A DNA stretch of 64,000 nt from Diplonema japonicum (taxonomy: Eukaryota > Protista > Euglenozoa: Diplonemea). Below the pieces are notes generated by a model. The model worked only from the letters and a program-made list of their open reading frames with translations. It did no database searches and was not told the DNA's origin. The stretch spans positions 124,001 to 188,000 of the forward strand of contig OZ025743.1 in the NCBI GenBank assembly GCA_964019335.1. Direction: 5' to 3'. The position numbers and the translations under genes were made by a program. Shown piece by piece: positions 63,049 through 64,000 of the stretch. Each line of letters starts with the position of its first letter. The stretch's first letter is position 1.

Positions 63049-63811
63049 TTAAAGCGCAGTACCCCTCTCCAAGTTTTGCCGTATCTCGGTGGTGAAGGGG
63101 TCGAAGTGCCTCTTGAGCTTGTCGTTGAACTTTTTGTTCCTGTTTTTTTTTTCTTTTTTTTTTTTTTTTTTTTTTTCCAGACCTGTCATTAATGTAATCA
63201 ACATCGGCGTCTTCATCAAACGCCCTACGGCGCGAGAAGGTACCCCTTCGTGACTCTGTCACTGCAAGCTCTGTCTTCAGCCTAGAGCGCATAGCGTCAG
63301 TTGGGTCATCAACAATGGAATATTCAAGATCGTCTGCCTTAGATGGGTCTGCCTCGAAGAGGGCTTTGTCTTCTTCGTTCTTCTTCTGCAGCCCGTCCCC
63401 AAAGGAGTCGTGTACTCTGTTAATTCTTTTCTTGTAGGTCTTGACCTGCGTGTCTATGTTGAACATTTCCCACCCGTGAGAGGCCTGGCCTTCCTCCTTC
63501 TTTCGCTTCTTCTTGTAACGTTCCTGTGCTACGGCAGCGGTGATTCCCAAATCGCTGTTCCCGGCCTCAGCGATACCATCGGTCACGTCTCTTTCGTGCT
63601 GCTTCTTGCGCTCGAGCCAAGCATCTTTCCTTCTCTTCGCCTCCACAGCCGCCTCGCCTTCCGTCTTCCGTCTTATCTCGTCCTGTGCAGCTACCTTGTT
63701 CACCACCTTCGCCTGGTTCATCTTCGCCCGGAGGTTTTGCAGACGGCGTTCTCTCATCGTTGCCGGGTCCTCCTGCTCCTCCTCTTCTGGTTTTTTGTTT
63801 TCGTCGGTCAT
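63049..63811 (-). CDS. SYF2: Pre-mRNA splicing factor SYF2; exons 63183-63811 and 63049-63139 (239 aa)
   Basis: FSRRRAFDEDADVDYINDR|NKKFNDKLKRHFDPFTTEIRQNLERGTAL after removing the 43-nt GT-AG intron at 63140-63182. Confidence 0.93.
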
Positions 63812-64000
63812 TTTTTTTTTCTTTTTTTTTTCTCTTCCCTCCCCGCTTTTTTTTTTTTTTTTTTTTTTTTGATTTTTCCTTTGTTTTGCAAAAAAAAAAA
63901 AAAAAAAAAAAGGGGGTATTCATATGTTGGAAAACACACGGGGGAGAAAAAAAAAAAAAAAAAAAAAGGGTCATCCGCGAAGCTTATCGGTAATCGTGAG

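Overview
Eukaryotic genomic DNA. GC3-rich, mostly intronless ORFs sit between homopolymer-rich spacers, there are tiny GT-AG introns, and essentially every gene and retroelement lies on the minus strand. This suggests a trans-splicing protist such as a diplonemid or other euglenozoan (inference). Contents, left to right: an S53/TPP1-like peptidase (partial); an ADP-ribosyltransferase-ankyrin protein; a decayed LINE whose single polyprotein carries an OTU protease, and which is interrupted by a 612-bp TSD-flanked insertion; a decayed copy and six intact copies of a secreted modular protein with a hypervariable loop; two paralogous ankyrin-repeat genes flanking a near-complete Penelope-like element (N-terminal GIY-YIG, RT, Josephin-like protease plus a degenerate second copy, 408-bp pseudo-LTRs, 19-bp TSD); DNA-transposon remnants and MITEs; a 9.47-kb tandem duplication; and Paf1-like and SYF2 genes with poly(A)/poly(T)-filled micro-introns. 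The most notable signal is that two divergent PLE families in this window share two structured 3'-UTR RNA motifs, a pseudoknotted three-way junction and a GNRA hairpin plus H-type pseudoknot. Both show compensatory base changes, and no canonical hammerhead is present. All domain and structure calls were made by eye; no searches or folding programs were run.
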